Made by a program: the position numbers and the translations under genes
The notes under the pieces: generated by a model
The model's database searches: none
The model's input: only the letters and a program-made list of their open reading frames with translations
Told to the model about the DNA's origin: nothing
In this document: piece by piece, positions 1 through 9,800 of the stretch
Position numbering within the stretch: position 1 is the first letter of the stretch
Layout: each line of letters starts with the position of its first letter
NCBI GenBank assembly: GCA_001655205.1
Contig: LPNZ01006267.1
Location: 1 to 32,410, forward strand
Reading direction: 5' to 3'
Length of the DNA: 32,410 bases
From: Lenisia limosa
Taxonomy: Eukaryota; Protista; Breviatea

Positions 1-234
1 TTTGAATCCATTTAATCTGAATAATTGTCAAAACCAGTACCTAGCAGAAACCTTCTGGGGCACCATGGTTCGAACAAAACAAAATATATCGTATCAAAAA
101 CACACAAAAAAACACAGTCACACTCAGACTTACACATTAATAACTTTCTTGAGGGTCACACCGGCATCATACAGCAAGTGCACCACATTAACTAAAGCGA
201 TGAGCCAGGCCTGGGAGTCCATGCCCAATGAGTT

Positions 235-3200
235 TTATTGCTCAACTGTAGAATTGATATTAAAATACCAAATCGCGGGGTGTTACAACCATCTTACGTG
301 GAACTGGCAATCTAGGTCCTCCCCATTGCTCGCATTTCATATTCAGGTTCTGAAGGGTCAAAAAGAAGACAAAGAGTGGAGACACCAATATAAATCCTTG
401 TATTTGTGACCCCGATTCAAATTCATGAAGGAGACGCACCTCAAGGTCACGCGCCTTCTTCTGCTGCTCCCACATTGGGTTGATCATCATTGGCGGCCTG
501 GGGAGTGAATGATGACACTCAGAGAAATGGAGCAAAAGACGAGGTGTACGATTATTAGTGAATTACACCTTAGGCTTCAAAAAAAAGACTGAATTTCTCG
601 ATAAATCCTCGAAAACTATCGATATTTCCTCAGTTTTTCCGAAGTGAACCAAAGCGAAGCCCAATTACCCCCCCCCCCCAACGATTGGCTTCGAACAGCG
701 ATGTCATCTTGGCTGCGAACAAGCTCAATTCCCGGGATGTCCAAGCCTCTTGGGCTGCGTGGGGAGGGGTTAGGAATATTTGATTTCATGTGAAAAAAAA
801 ACACATTATCGAGTATTTATCAATCATTGAAACTCGTCACCAACGTGATTTGACCAAGAACAGGTCTCGTAAGGCAGTCAGAAGATTTGGAATGGAGGTT
901 TGGAGGGAGGGAGTGTCGTGATGTCCTAGTCCGGCCTACCTCGGGTAGTTGTTCTATGCAACTTAGACATATCATCATATCTTGTGCTTCCCTGCGGTTG
1001 CAACAAAAGAAACTGTCTCGACGATACATTTCGTGATTTCTCGGATTGTTTTTTTAGAAAAAGGGGATCCTATCTCCACCGTACCTTGTATTCGATCAGA
1101 GCTATTCTGAATTGGGGGTTTTGGAGAACGGGATGGCGGCTTTGGAATCGCTGGACGAGGTTTCTAGAGCTGGTCAAATATTGAAGGTTAGGCTTCTGAT
1201 GTCCATAAACTAGCAATTGACACACAACTACTTCAAGAACTAACCGATTTGGAAGGCAGAACAGCTTTTCCTATTCTGGGCGGGAGGAAGGCTGAGATAA
1301 TAAGCGTAGAAGAGGCGAAAAGTACATAAGGAGAGTTGTGACCCCACCGTCAGGCTTAGACGAGAGGTTGTGGTGGCTGGGGCTTCGACTGAGGGCCTTG
1401 GCTGGAGCAGCGGGAACGGCGAGTGCGAAGTTCTGAGACTGAGATCGTTTCATTCCTAAATTACGGGGAATGATGGTGTGGACGGNNNNNNNNNNNNNNN
1501 NNNNNNNNNNNNNNNNNNNNNNNNNNNNNNNNNNNNNNNNNNNNNNNNNNNNNNNNNNNNNNNNNNNNNNNNNNNNNNNNGGAAATGAATGTATGCTGAA
1601 AAGACTGAGCCAGAATGAAAATTGCGTAAATCATATTATACCTTTAATGGGCTTTTCTTGTGGTAGTGGCGGTAGGTCAGGCTGAAAGGTGAGATTAAAA
1701 CTGCCTAACAACTAAATAGCAGACGATTCAATGAAAATATAGGCTCCTACCATTGACAATTTTCCAACCCCGTTATCTTGCAAAATATCCCGATATATCC
1801 AGTGCACATTGTTTCTTCATAGTCGACTATAGTATGATCCCCTACCTTTATCAAGTGATCGTCAGGGTTAAAGAGAATGGCATGGGATCCAATAATAGTA
1901 GACACTTGTCGTTGGACACTACTTGGTGTGTCTCTGGGGGGGGGGGGTGAACAAGGCTGATAAAACCTACTAAAACTTCAAGGATCAAACTCTTAAAATG
2001 GCGTCACTATATGAAACAAACATAAACAACCACCACAAACGGTGGTAGACAGAGTCCGACAAATATCTTGGAAAGCGGGTCTGCGGCAGGGAAAATAATC
2101 ATGTTGGGGGAGGGCTAAACAATTAAAATGAAACCTATGGTTATCTGGTAATATCCTTGGAATGGTTGACTTTTCCCATTGATTTGGTGATATGGTACTC
2201 TTGATCCATAATCATTCAAAAGGACAAATTTACGGGCTTTCATTTTATCAAAATAGCAAAATACCATCAGAGCCAGCTGAGAAATCTTACCATGTAAAAG
2301 GCCACTTCTCTGCAGACTGGGAAGTGGAAGTAGCTACAAGATCAGGTTTAAACGGGCAAAATTGTGAATGATATTACCTTGTCTGATTATACTAAATTGA
2401 CCAACAGAATTCGTTCAAGTCCCAAACTTAACTCAATTTTCAAAATAGCCAGGCTCTGTCCGAGGGTTTTCTTAGTCTGGGCAAGGGTACTTCCTTGTAC
2501 CTATATATGGTGAAGCCCTATCCGTGTTGGTTGGTAGAGGCATGCTGGTTCACATCTCATCAATAATAGAAACGACCTGCAAAACATTTCAAATATGTAT
2601 GTATTATATCATATTTTGATATATCATATTGCTTTATCATATGTACCATTATCTATATATAGCTATATATATCGATCATATACTATATGATATGATATAC
2701 AATGTGCCTTACCTGGCCCTTCCTTGGGGTCGACGGAAGCGGTACGCCGAGATCGAAGAACATAGGTCCGGTCAAAAGATGTTGCGCCCCCTTCTTGTTG
2801 ATGGAGTAGAGCGCCACATTCGGCTGGTCATGAGTCAGGTGAATTGAAAGGTTGCCACTTTTGTACAAAGAAAAGCGAACAAAGGAAGGTAGGGAACCCT
2901 TTAAAAAAAAAAAGATGTTTTCATTATCCCTGTTGGTATTCATTCATCTTGTATCAGAACAGTTTTCCACATACTCAATCAATGCAGCTTTCAAACCTTT
3001 CATTTCATCACTTCTACCCATCCCACCACAGCCAGTCCACTCCCAATTGACAAACGCCTCTCCAGGTTTGGGGTGGGGATTGAAAGAAGAAGAGGATTCC
3101 TGAACAAGTCAACTGTTCCCACCAATATTTTGTTTTGTGAGGACCAAATTCCTGAGTCCTTGGTCAATTCATATAATTGAACAGCTTATTTAATAACTAC

Positions 3201-3560
3201 CACCTCATCAACATGAATCTGAAAAGGGGGAGTTGTCATCACAGATATGACTAATACAGTATTGTAAATCTGGCCCGCTTTTACCAATCAAACATTTTCC
3301 GTTCTTCACACAAGGACAAGGAGGCATATATATCGCTAGAATATATATACCTCCTAGCTTCATATTACGGCTTCAGAGTTGCGAATCAAATGACAAAACT
3401 TCTTGTGTTGGAGTTTTGCTACTTTAGTAGAGAAAATCAAAAATCGTTCGAAAGGGCAATGACTGTATCCCTGCAGTATCCCTCCCTGTTGTATCCCAGT
3501 GAGTGGAGAGTGAGTGTGTAAGCTCTTGTTGTAAGTGCACCAAACACTCCAAGATCTGAG
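235..3560 (-). CDS. Uncharacterised multi-exon protein; 5' end and several junctions unresolved
   Basis: GT-AG exons join in consistent phase. 3' part: ...KRSQSQNFALAVPAAPAKALSRSPSHHNLSSKPD|AFLPPRIGKAVLPSKS|KPNLQYLTSSRNLVQRFQSRHPVLQKPPIQNSSDRIQ|EQLPEVGRTRTSRHSLPPNLHSKSSDCLTRPVLGQIT|PRGLDIPGIELVRSQDDIAVRSQS|PPMMINPMWEQQKKARDLE|NLNMKCEQWGGPRLPVP. Upstream exon candidates include ESSSSFNPHPKPGEAFVNWEWTGCGGMGRSDEMKGLKAALIEY|PNVALYSINKKGAQHLLTGPMFFDLGVPLPSTPRKGQ and YFHFPVCREVAFYM|STISPNQWEKSTIPRILPDNH|RPAFQDICRTLSTT. No family recognised. The gap at 1486-1580 interrupts it, so it could be two genes. Confidence 0.55.
571..664. mobile_element. hAT-like MITE, copy A (intron of gene 1)
   Basis: Degenerate TIRs TAGGCTTC...GAAGCCCAA around the family core AAAAAGACTGAATTTCTCGATAAATCCTCGAAAACTATCGATATTT. 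Flanks TTACACCT and TTACCCCC match at 6/8, consistent with a decayed 8-bp TSD. Confidence 0.75.
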
Positions 3561-3871
3561 GATCCTGCAATGCCCGTCGGTTCGTAAAGTACCGCCCCGA
3601 ATTGTTCGGGATGAAAACCAAGGGACAGTTGGTCTGTTGCCCCTCAACTGCCCCTTCATGCCCCTGCCCTCAGCTTCTTGCCTCTTTCACCCGTGCAACC
3701 GACCAACTGTCCCGGAATTTTCATCCCGAAAAATCTTGACCCGTCCTTTGCCCGTCGGTTAGCATTCCGACCGAGCCTATTGTTCTCCCGAGGCCCAGCC
3801 GACCACTCACCCCTTTCCCTTTCTTCCATTCTCTCTATCTCCGTTTTTTTGCACAAATAAAATTCATAATA
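3560..3871. promoter_or_regulatory. Probable divergent promoter region between gene 1 (-) and the secreted-protein gene (+)
   Basis: Inferred only from the head-to-head gene arrangement. No promoter motif identified, and the start of gene 1 is not fixed. Confidence 0.35.
3586..3748. mobile_element. Foldback/MITE-like element with long TIRs (Mutator-like)
   Basis: Inverted arms 3605-3640 and 3695-3730 match at 31/36 and extend degenerately to ~3586 and ~3748. A 12-bp direct repeat TGCCCGTCGGTT lies at 3571-3582 and 3749-3760. Confidence 0.6.
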
Positions 3872-5722
3872 ATGAAAGCACCAGTGTTTCTTCTGTTATT
3901 CATCTGTAAGTCTGATTGACATTTGCGCTTTTGCTCACAGCAGCAGCAATCTACTCATTTCTTTCTGATTCTCTAATGCCATTTTTAGGTTCATTATTTT
4001 CAGTGATAATAGCTTTTAATGACAACATTGTTGTGGTAGGCGGGATGTCTTGATAACTTTCTGGTCCGCCGTCACTTTGCACCCATCTGTTGCTACGTCA
4101 TCAGTTCATCAGTTCATCTTTGTAGCACATTGCTGAAGGTGATGATATCAACCTCGTTTTTGAAGACCTGAAGAAAGTACCTTCGTAAGATTATTTCTCC
4201 TCTTCATTTCATTTCATTTAGAACCGTGTCGATTGAGGTTTTAATTGAAAACAAGGAGAACTAGTAAGACTACTGCTTTTATTCTGACTCCAGCTTGAAT
4301 TCCCTTATTCGCCTTCCAAATGAGCTTTTGCTTGTCGGAGTTGGCTCAGATGTTATAATTACTTACCGGCCCCCACAAGGTTTGAATTGCGGAAAATGGG
4401 AAAATCCGTCGCTTTCATCAGTATTTATTGCTACTTCAGGATTTTCAAACACCAATGGCACGGCTTTTGAAGTCTATAATACCTTCTCAGTCAAAAACCT
4501 AAACTTAAGGTTGGTAAAAATATATATCATATATATGTATATACTAGGGTAAAGCCTGGGTAAAGCAAAGAGCAGTAACTATATGTGAAATAGTAACGGA
4601 GTAGAACTGGAAGCAGCTTCCCCTTTTCTTTTCTGCATTCTTTTGGAGCTTCAGTGTCATTGACTGTATGCTGGGATAGGGAAGAAGCGCGACTATTCTA
4701 ACTGATCCCATTTAGGATGTCAATGTTGTTTTATCTGCTGGTCATGAATTTGCTAACATTGTCAACCAGGATACTAAAACTTCGCTTCAGAATATCAAAG
4801 TTTGTCAGCGCAGTTTCTAAGAGTAGATTCGATCAATGACCGAAAATGTTATGCTAGTTTCTTCAGTTTGCTACGATAGCGATAAGTCTTCCGCAGTTCT
4901 TGTAAGTTTTTTGTCCTTTTTTTGGCTATATTTCACCGTGAACCCTTGACTAACATCACGTAAGAACGGGGTAACGGTTCAAATAGACTCAGTGGCCGCT
5001 CAAAAGTACGGACTCAAGGTCGAGTGTTTGGATATGGAGGTTTGTCATGAGTTAATTTCACTTTCAAGGCAAACGATGTTTTTATTGATGTTGCACATGC
5101 TGCTGAAAGTGCTTCAATATTGTAAGCCTTCTGAGGTTGCTGTCCTCTTACTTTTGAGCGCTTATGAGGGGAAGCACTGGACTTCTGGACTTGTGCAAAA
5201 CAGTCGGTTTGAGATCCACGAAGCGGAAGGACTCGCCAATGTGTACATTAGAGGAGTAAAGCTAGTTTTTGAAATCACCTTTTTAGAAAACTTTGAAGGT
5301 GGCAGATTCTGACTTTGTTGAAACTGGTGTTTTTATGCAGGGTTCTTCGTAGGGGTATTTGTTTCATCACTTGATAGTACTCCAGTGTTCACAGACAGTT
5401 CCATCACTGTCACACATAATGCAACTTTTGGTCTTCTACTTATGTCATTTGGGGAGGTGCGTCCTGTGTTGTGAAATTACCATTAGGCCCAAGTCAGAAA
5501 CTCTATGTTTGATGTGAGTGGTGGTGAGTCTTGCTGTGTTGGCGGTGGCGTGGCACTTCTCTCTGGCGGTGACGACACCTTGAGGAACTGTCATGTTGGG
5601 TATGTATCATAGTCTTTGTGATTGGTGTTCATCCTTGTAGAATCGACCTTGAATATGGTGAAGTCAAAACTCATGATATGATCTTTGTAGGATTGGGCTC
5701 ACATTTTCCGCTCACAAAATAG
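3872..5722 (+). CDS. Secreted/surface protein with signal peptide and beta-strand-rich (possibly pectin-lyase/beta-helix-like) body
   Basis: ATG 3872, MKAPVFLLLFI|SAAIYSF... (hydrophobic N-terminus, GTAAGT donor). Further exons: HIAEGDDINLVFEDLKKVP, LNSLIRLPNELLLVGVGSDVIITYRPPQGLNCGKWENPSLSSVFIATSGFSNTNGTAFEVYNTFSVKNLNL, NGVTVQIDSVAAQKYGLKVECLDME, AQVRNSMFDVSGGESCCVGGGVALLSGGDDTLRNCHV, and a last exon IDLEYGEVKTHDMIFVGLGSHFPLTK with TAG at 5720-5722. The fold is inferred from composition only. Confidence 0.65.
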
Positions 5723-6876
5723 GAAGACGTTGATATAAAATGTCAAGTTGGTGAATATGACACTAAAACACCTTGTACTGCCTAATGTATACATTTGATG
5801 GAAATTACAACACTTGTCAAAATGTCAAAATAAATATATAATATAGTGGTCACAGCAAATTTTATCTTGATTTCTTGGATGAGAACCTCAAGGCAGGAAC
5901 AGTGCAGAGACTCCAGAAGTCCAGAGCTCAAGCTCANNNNNNNNNNNNNNNNNNNNNNNNNNNNNNNNNNNNNNNNNNNNNNNNNNNNNNNNNNNNNNNN
6001 NNNNNNNNNNNNNNNNNNNNNNNNNNNNNNNNNNNNNNNNNNNNNNNNNNNNNNNTGTACGGTGTGCGGTGTACAGCTTATTTTTGGCGTATTTTGTCCA
6101 TATCCTGATATCCCAGAAATTCACACAGGAAAAAACAAAATGTAGTCCATCGAAAAGTCGAAAATTTCCCCAAAAATTGCGGTGTACGGTACACTTGGTG
6201 AACACATTTTGGAGTAACCTCCCCTCCCCCCTCTCAAATATGACCAATATCTTCTTTGTATATTCACTTTGGTAGTGGAATTTTTAACCCCCCTTTGAGG
6301 CGACTGTAGCCTGCTTTGCCTGGGGGGGGGGGGGGGTNNNNNNNNNNNNNNNNNNNNNNNNNNNNNNNNNNNNNNNNNNNNNNNNNNNNNNNNNNNNNNN
6401 NNNNNNNNNNNNNNNNNNNNNNNNNNNNNNNNNNNNNNNNNNNNNNNNNNNNNNNNNNNNNNNNNNNNTAACGAGGTATCTGGCCATCTGGCCGCTTTGC
6501 ATGAAGGTCTCTATAGTGGACTAAAGAGCTACCCAGGGATACCTTAGGATACCTTAGATCAAAGATCTGTCAGAGGCCGGCCCCTCAAAAAAATATGACC
6601 AAATATCACCCCCATGAAATAAAAAGAATTTTGAAACAATCAAAACAATCTCATTCAAAACTGGTTTCAAAAAAGTCTAATAAAAGAATAAAAGACTGTT
6701 GTGCACCCGATAAGGAGGAAGATTTCCAGATTAGCCTTTTCGCTTTTTCTGGTTATGATGTCTCTTTGAATGTGGCCTTCTCTTGCTACTACAAGATCTT
6801 TTTCATTGTAAGAAAGTCATATTGGCAATGTAGCCGCTAACATATTTACAGTTTTCCACTTCGCCGTCTATTTACA

Positions 6877-9800
6877 ATGGCTTCTTCTAGAACAACCCAA
6901 GTTGGCAGATTTGTTTTTCTCACAATGTTGCCTCTGGTATATTTTTTTCTTAGATTGTTAATATCAGTATTATTTGGTAATAGGCTGTTTTTTTTGAGAT
7001 GGTTTGGGTAATTGGTAGGAGCTGTACAGCCGGAAAGATGGCCATCATATTTTTCACCTTTCAGGACCTTCACGCCTGCCTTCTTTCTCTGCAGTCCAAC
7101 TCGGCCTCAATTGAAGCACAGAGAAAGGTGTTACAGGGTATAGCAATGATATTCATAAATGCTCCAACCAAGAGTAATAATGTAATAATCTGGGGAAATT
7201 GAGTTTCAATGCTGTTATTATTATCATTGTTTTTACTTTCAAACACGATCGTTGTGCAAAATGGAATCAATATCTAGTATTGGATTGAACACTCAAGTCT
7301 ACTGAATATGGTAATGACTTTATTAAGGAAAGAGGAAGTCCACACAATGAGCAGTGCTTGGCTGAGATGCAGAATTATCTGAAAAGATGCGATATTGATG
7401 TGGGCGGTGGATCTTGACTTATTTTGTTGAGACCATATTAAAGTGAGTAACCCCAATGTTAACTACCGATCTATTCCCACTCAGCCTTTATTATTGCCTT
7501 ATAATATAGTGTATCTCACATAGTATATCTGATATAATATGAAAATATGGCATATCATTTAATATATTAAGTTGTATGAGATGCAAAATCGTATTGACAG
7601 GACAGGTTGACAAGCTTCCAGTCTTGCACGTGGCAGGAACCAAGGGCAAGGGCTCCACCTGTGCGTTTGCTGAGAGCATTCTCCGTGCCCATGGGCTGCG
7701 AACAGGTCTCTATACGTCACCTCACCTGGCTGATGTGAAAGAGCGCTTTAGGATAAACGGCGAGGTTGGTGTTGCATTTTGATAGATTGGTATAGCCATT
7801 GTGAAATTATTATTGATCACCCCAATAACCAGGTAACCCAACTCATTTCTTGAGGCAAAACCAAGGCACCATGGGTGACTGTCTTCAGTTTTGGTTTCCA
7901 ATTTCCTGATTTCTTTTTAGATCATTGGACAAGAGTCATTTTCCGACTCCTTTTGGTCCGTCTGGGATGCTCTCAACAATACAAAAGTGGGTGTGACGCT
8001 CATTATTATTGTCATGTTCTTTTTTTTCTTTTCTTATTCACTAACTGTACTCTTCCCCACTTCGCACACTTTTGTTTTGGCCTTCATCCAACTTTCTTTC
8101 TAAATACCGCACAACACTACTTCACTACCGCTTTTGAGAAACCAGTGAGCAGGAATGTGTCTACAGATTAAAGTCAAGAGTTAATCTTGTTAGGAATGAT
8201 ACGTTATTGTGAAACCAAAACAAGAGTAACACACCTCATCGGATACATAGGCACCAAGAGTTGCTGAAGGAACAAAATTGAATTTGGAATCACTCAAACC
8301 GCCATAGGCAATCACAACACATTCATCCTTGTTTTGTCTACCGTTTGTCAAGTAATAACAAAAGAAAAAACCCTTCCTATCATAAAGTTATCCCATTAGA
8401 GGAACATTCTGTTTAACTCCTACTGGACAATTTTTCGACAGCCCTTGCCACAGAAACCTGTTCTATAAGAGGAGTTTGAATCGCTGAAAACTTCTGAATC
8501 ATCTTCAAAGATAGCTTGTCCAAGAGTGACATTGGGCCACTCATCCACAACTTCATCATCCCCATTATTTTTCAACAGTTAGACTCACAATAATGTACTG
8601 ATATGCTGACTGATCATTTCTTTGGGTATTTCACCAGGATTCCCTATCAGCTTTGAACGAGGGAAGCTCGCAATCCATACACACCTTGCCATCTGTGGCA
8701 AACGATGTTGGGGCTTTCATGGCGTAATAGGCCCGTTGGCCAAGTTATCCGCCTACAAGGAATACCCTGCACTTGACCCCATTTACAAGGAAGTTAGATA
8801 ATTGATTACAACAAGGTACCATCTATCTGATCAAAGTGTATTGAATTTTGCTTTCCTAAGTTAATACTGAGTGTACTCTACAGAAAGGTAAACATTTGAC
8901 AATATTCTAATAAATGCCTCAAAGGCAGAAATTATTTATGGAAAATAACCAGGTGATTCTGCGAACTGTATATGGGAGTAGTGTGGTGTCTTGGTGGAAT
9001 GTCTATTGCGGATTTCTCTATTTTATTGCACCTTCTGGGGGATATCTTTTTGTACTCATCTGCTTCTCCTTCTTTATTTTTTGAAATTTATTTTTTATTT
9101 CAAATTTTTAACTTCATTAGTGAAGGTGTTGATGCTAGTACTTTAATATTAGTATCTGTCTTTTTCTTTACCAAGATAACATTGTCCAAAAGTGACCTTT
9201 TTTCAGGATCAGACGCTTGAAGGTATGCAGCCTCTGCCGATGTACTTCAGATTTCTCACCATCGTTGGATTCCACCTCTTCTTGAAGGAGAATGTGGGTT
9301 CACTAACCTGATGCTCGCTCTCTCGGTGAAACCAGTTCTTTTTTATTCTATTTTCAACCTTAAGACCTGTTTTTTTTATACCCTCCCCTCCCCCCAGGTA
9401 AATGCCTTGGTTTTAGAGGTTGGGCTTGGCGGCCGTCTTGACGCTACCAATGCAGTGCGGACGCCCATTGTGACTGCTATCACGTCGCTGGGCCTGGGTG
9501 GGCTGGTAGTTGGCTTTTCATGGAGTAACAAGATAATATTCAATGTTGTTCTTACATACAGTGACTGGGATAAGTCTTGACCGATTTCCGAAGGAAAATA
9601 GGTCAAGACGTATCCCGGTCACTGCATACTGCAAAGAAATACCACAACGGACAGTATCTCATTTGTCAGACCACACCTCTGTTCTTGGTAACACTATCGG
9701 AGCAATTGCAAGGGAAAAGGCCGGGATCATCAAAGTAGGCGCTGAGCTGAAGGATGAATAGCTGTCGCTTTTTATCAATTGTAGTACTTGCCTATATTTG

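Noticed and set aside
2-409. 135-aa plus-strand ORF
   Set aside because: It is an antisense shadow over spliced minus-strand exons and introns, with no recognisable protein features.
571-664. MITE copy A as a self-contained introner (GTAA...CCTAAG)
   Set aside because: Splicing at the element's AG leaves stops in all three frames before the next exon. The phase-consistent intron runs from GTTGGG (~681) to CCCCAG (~492), so the element sits inside an existing intron.
3607-3617. GGGATGAAA resembling the maize Ac/Ds terminal repeat
   Set aside because: It is internal to longer arms and has no 8-bp TSD; the resemblance is probably coincidental.
8972-9220. 82-aa hydrophobic plus-strand ORF in the FPGS intron
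   Set aside because: Its composition reflects a T-rich intron, and it runs out of frame into the next FPGS exon.
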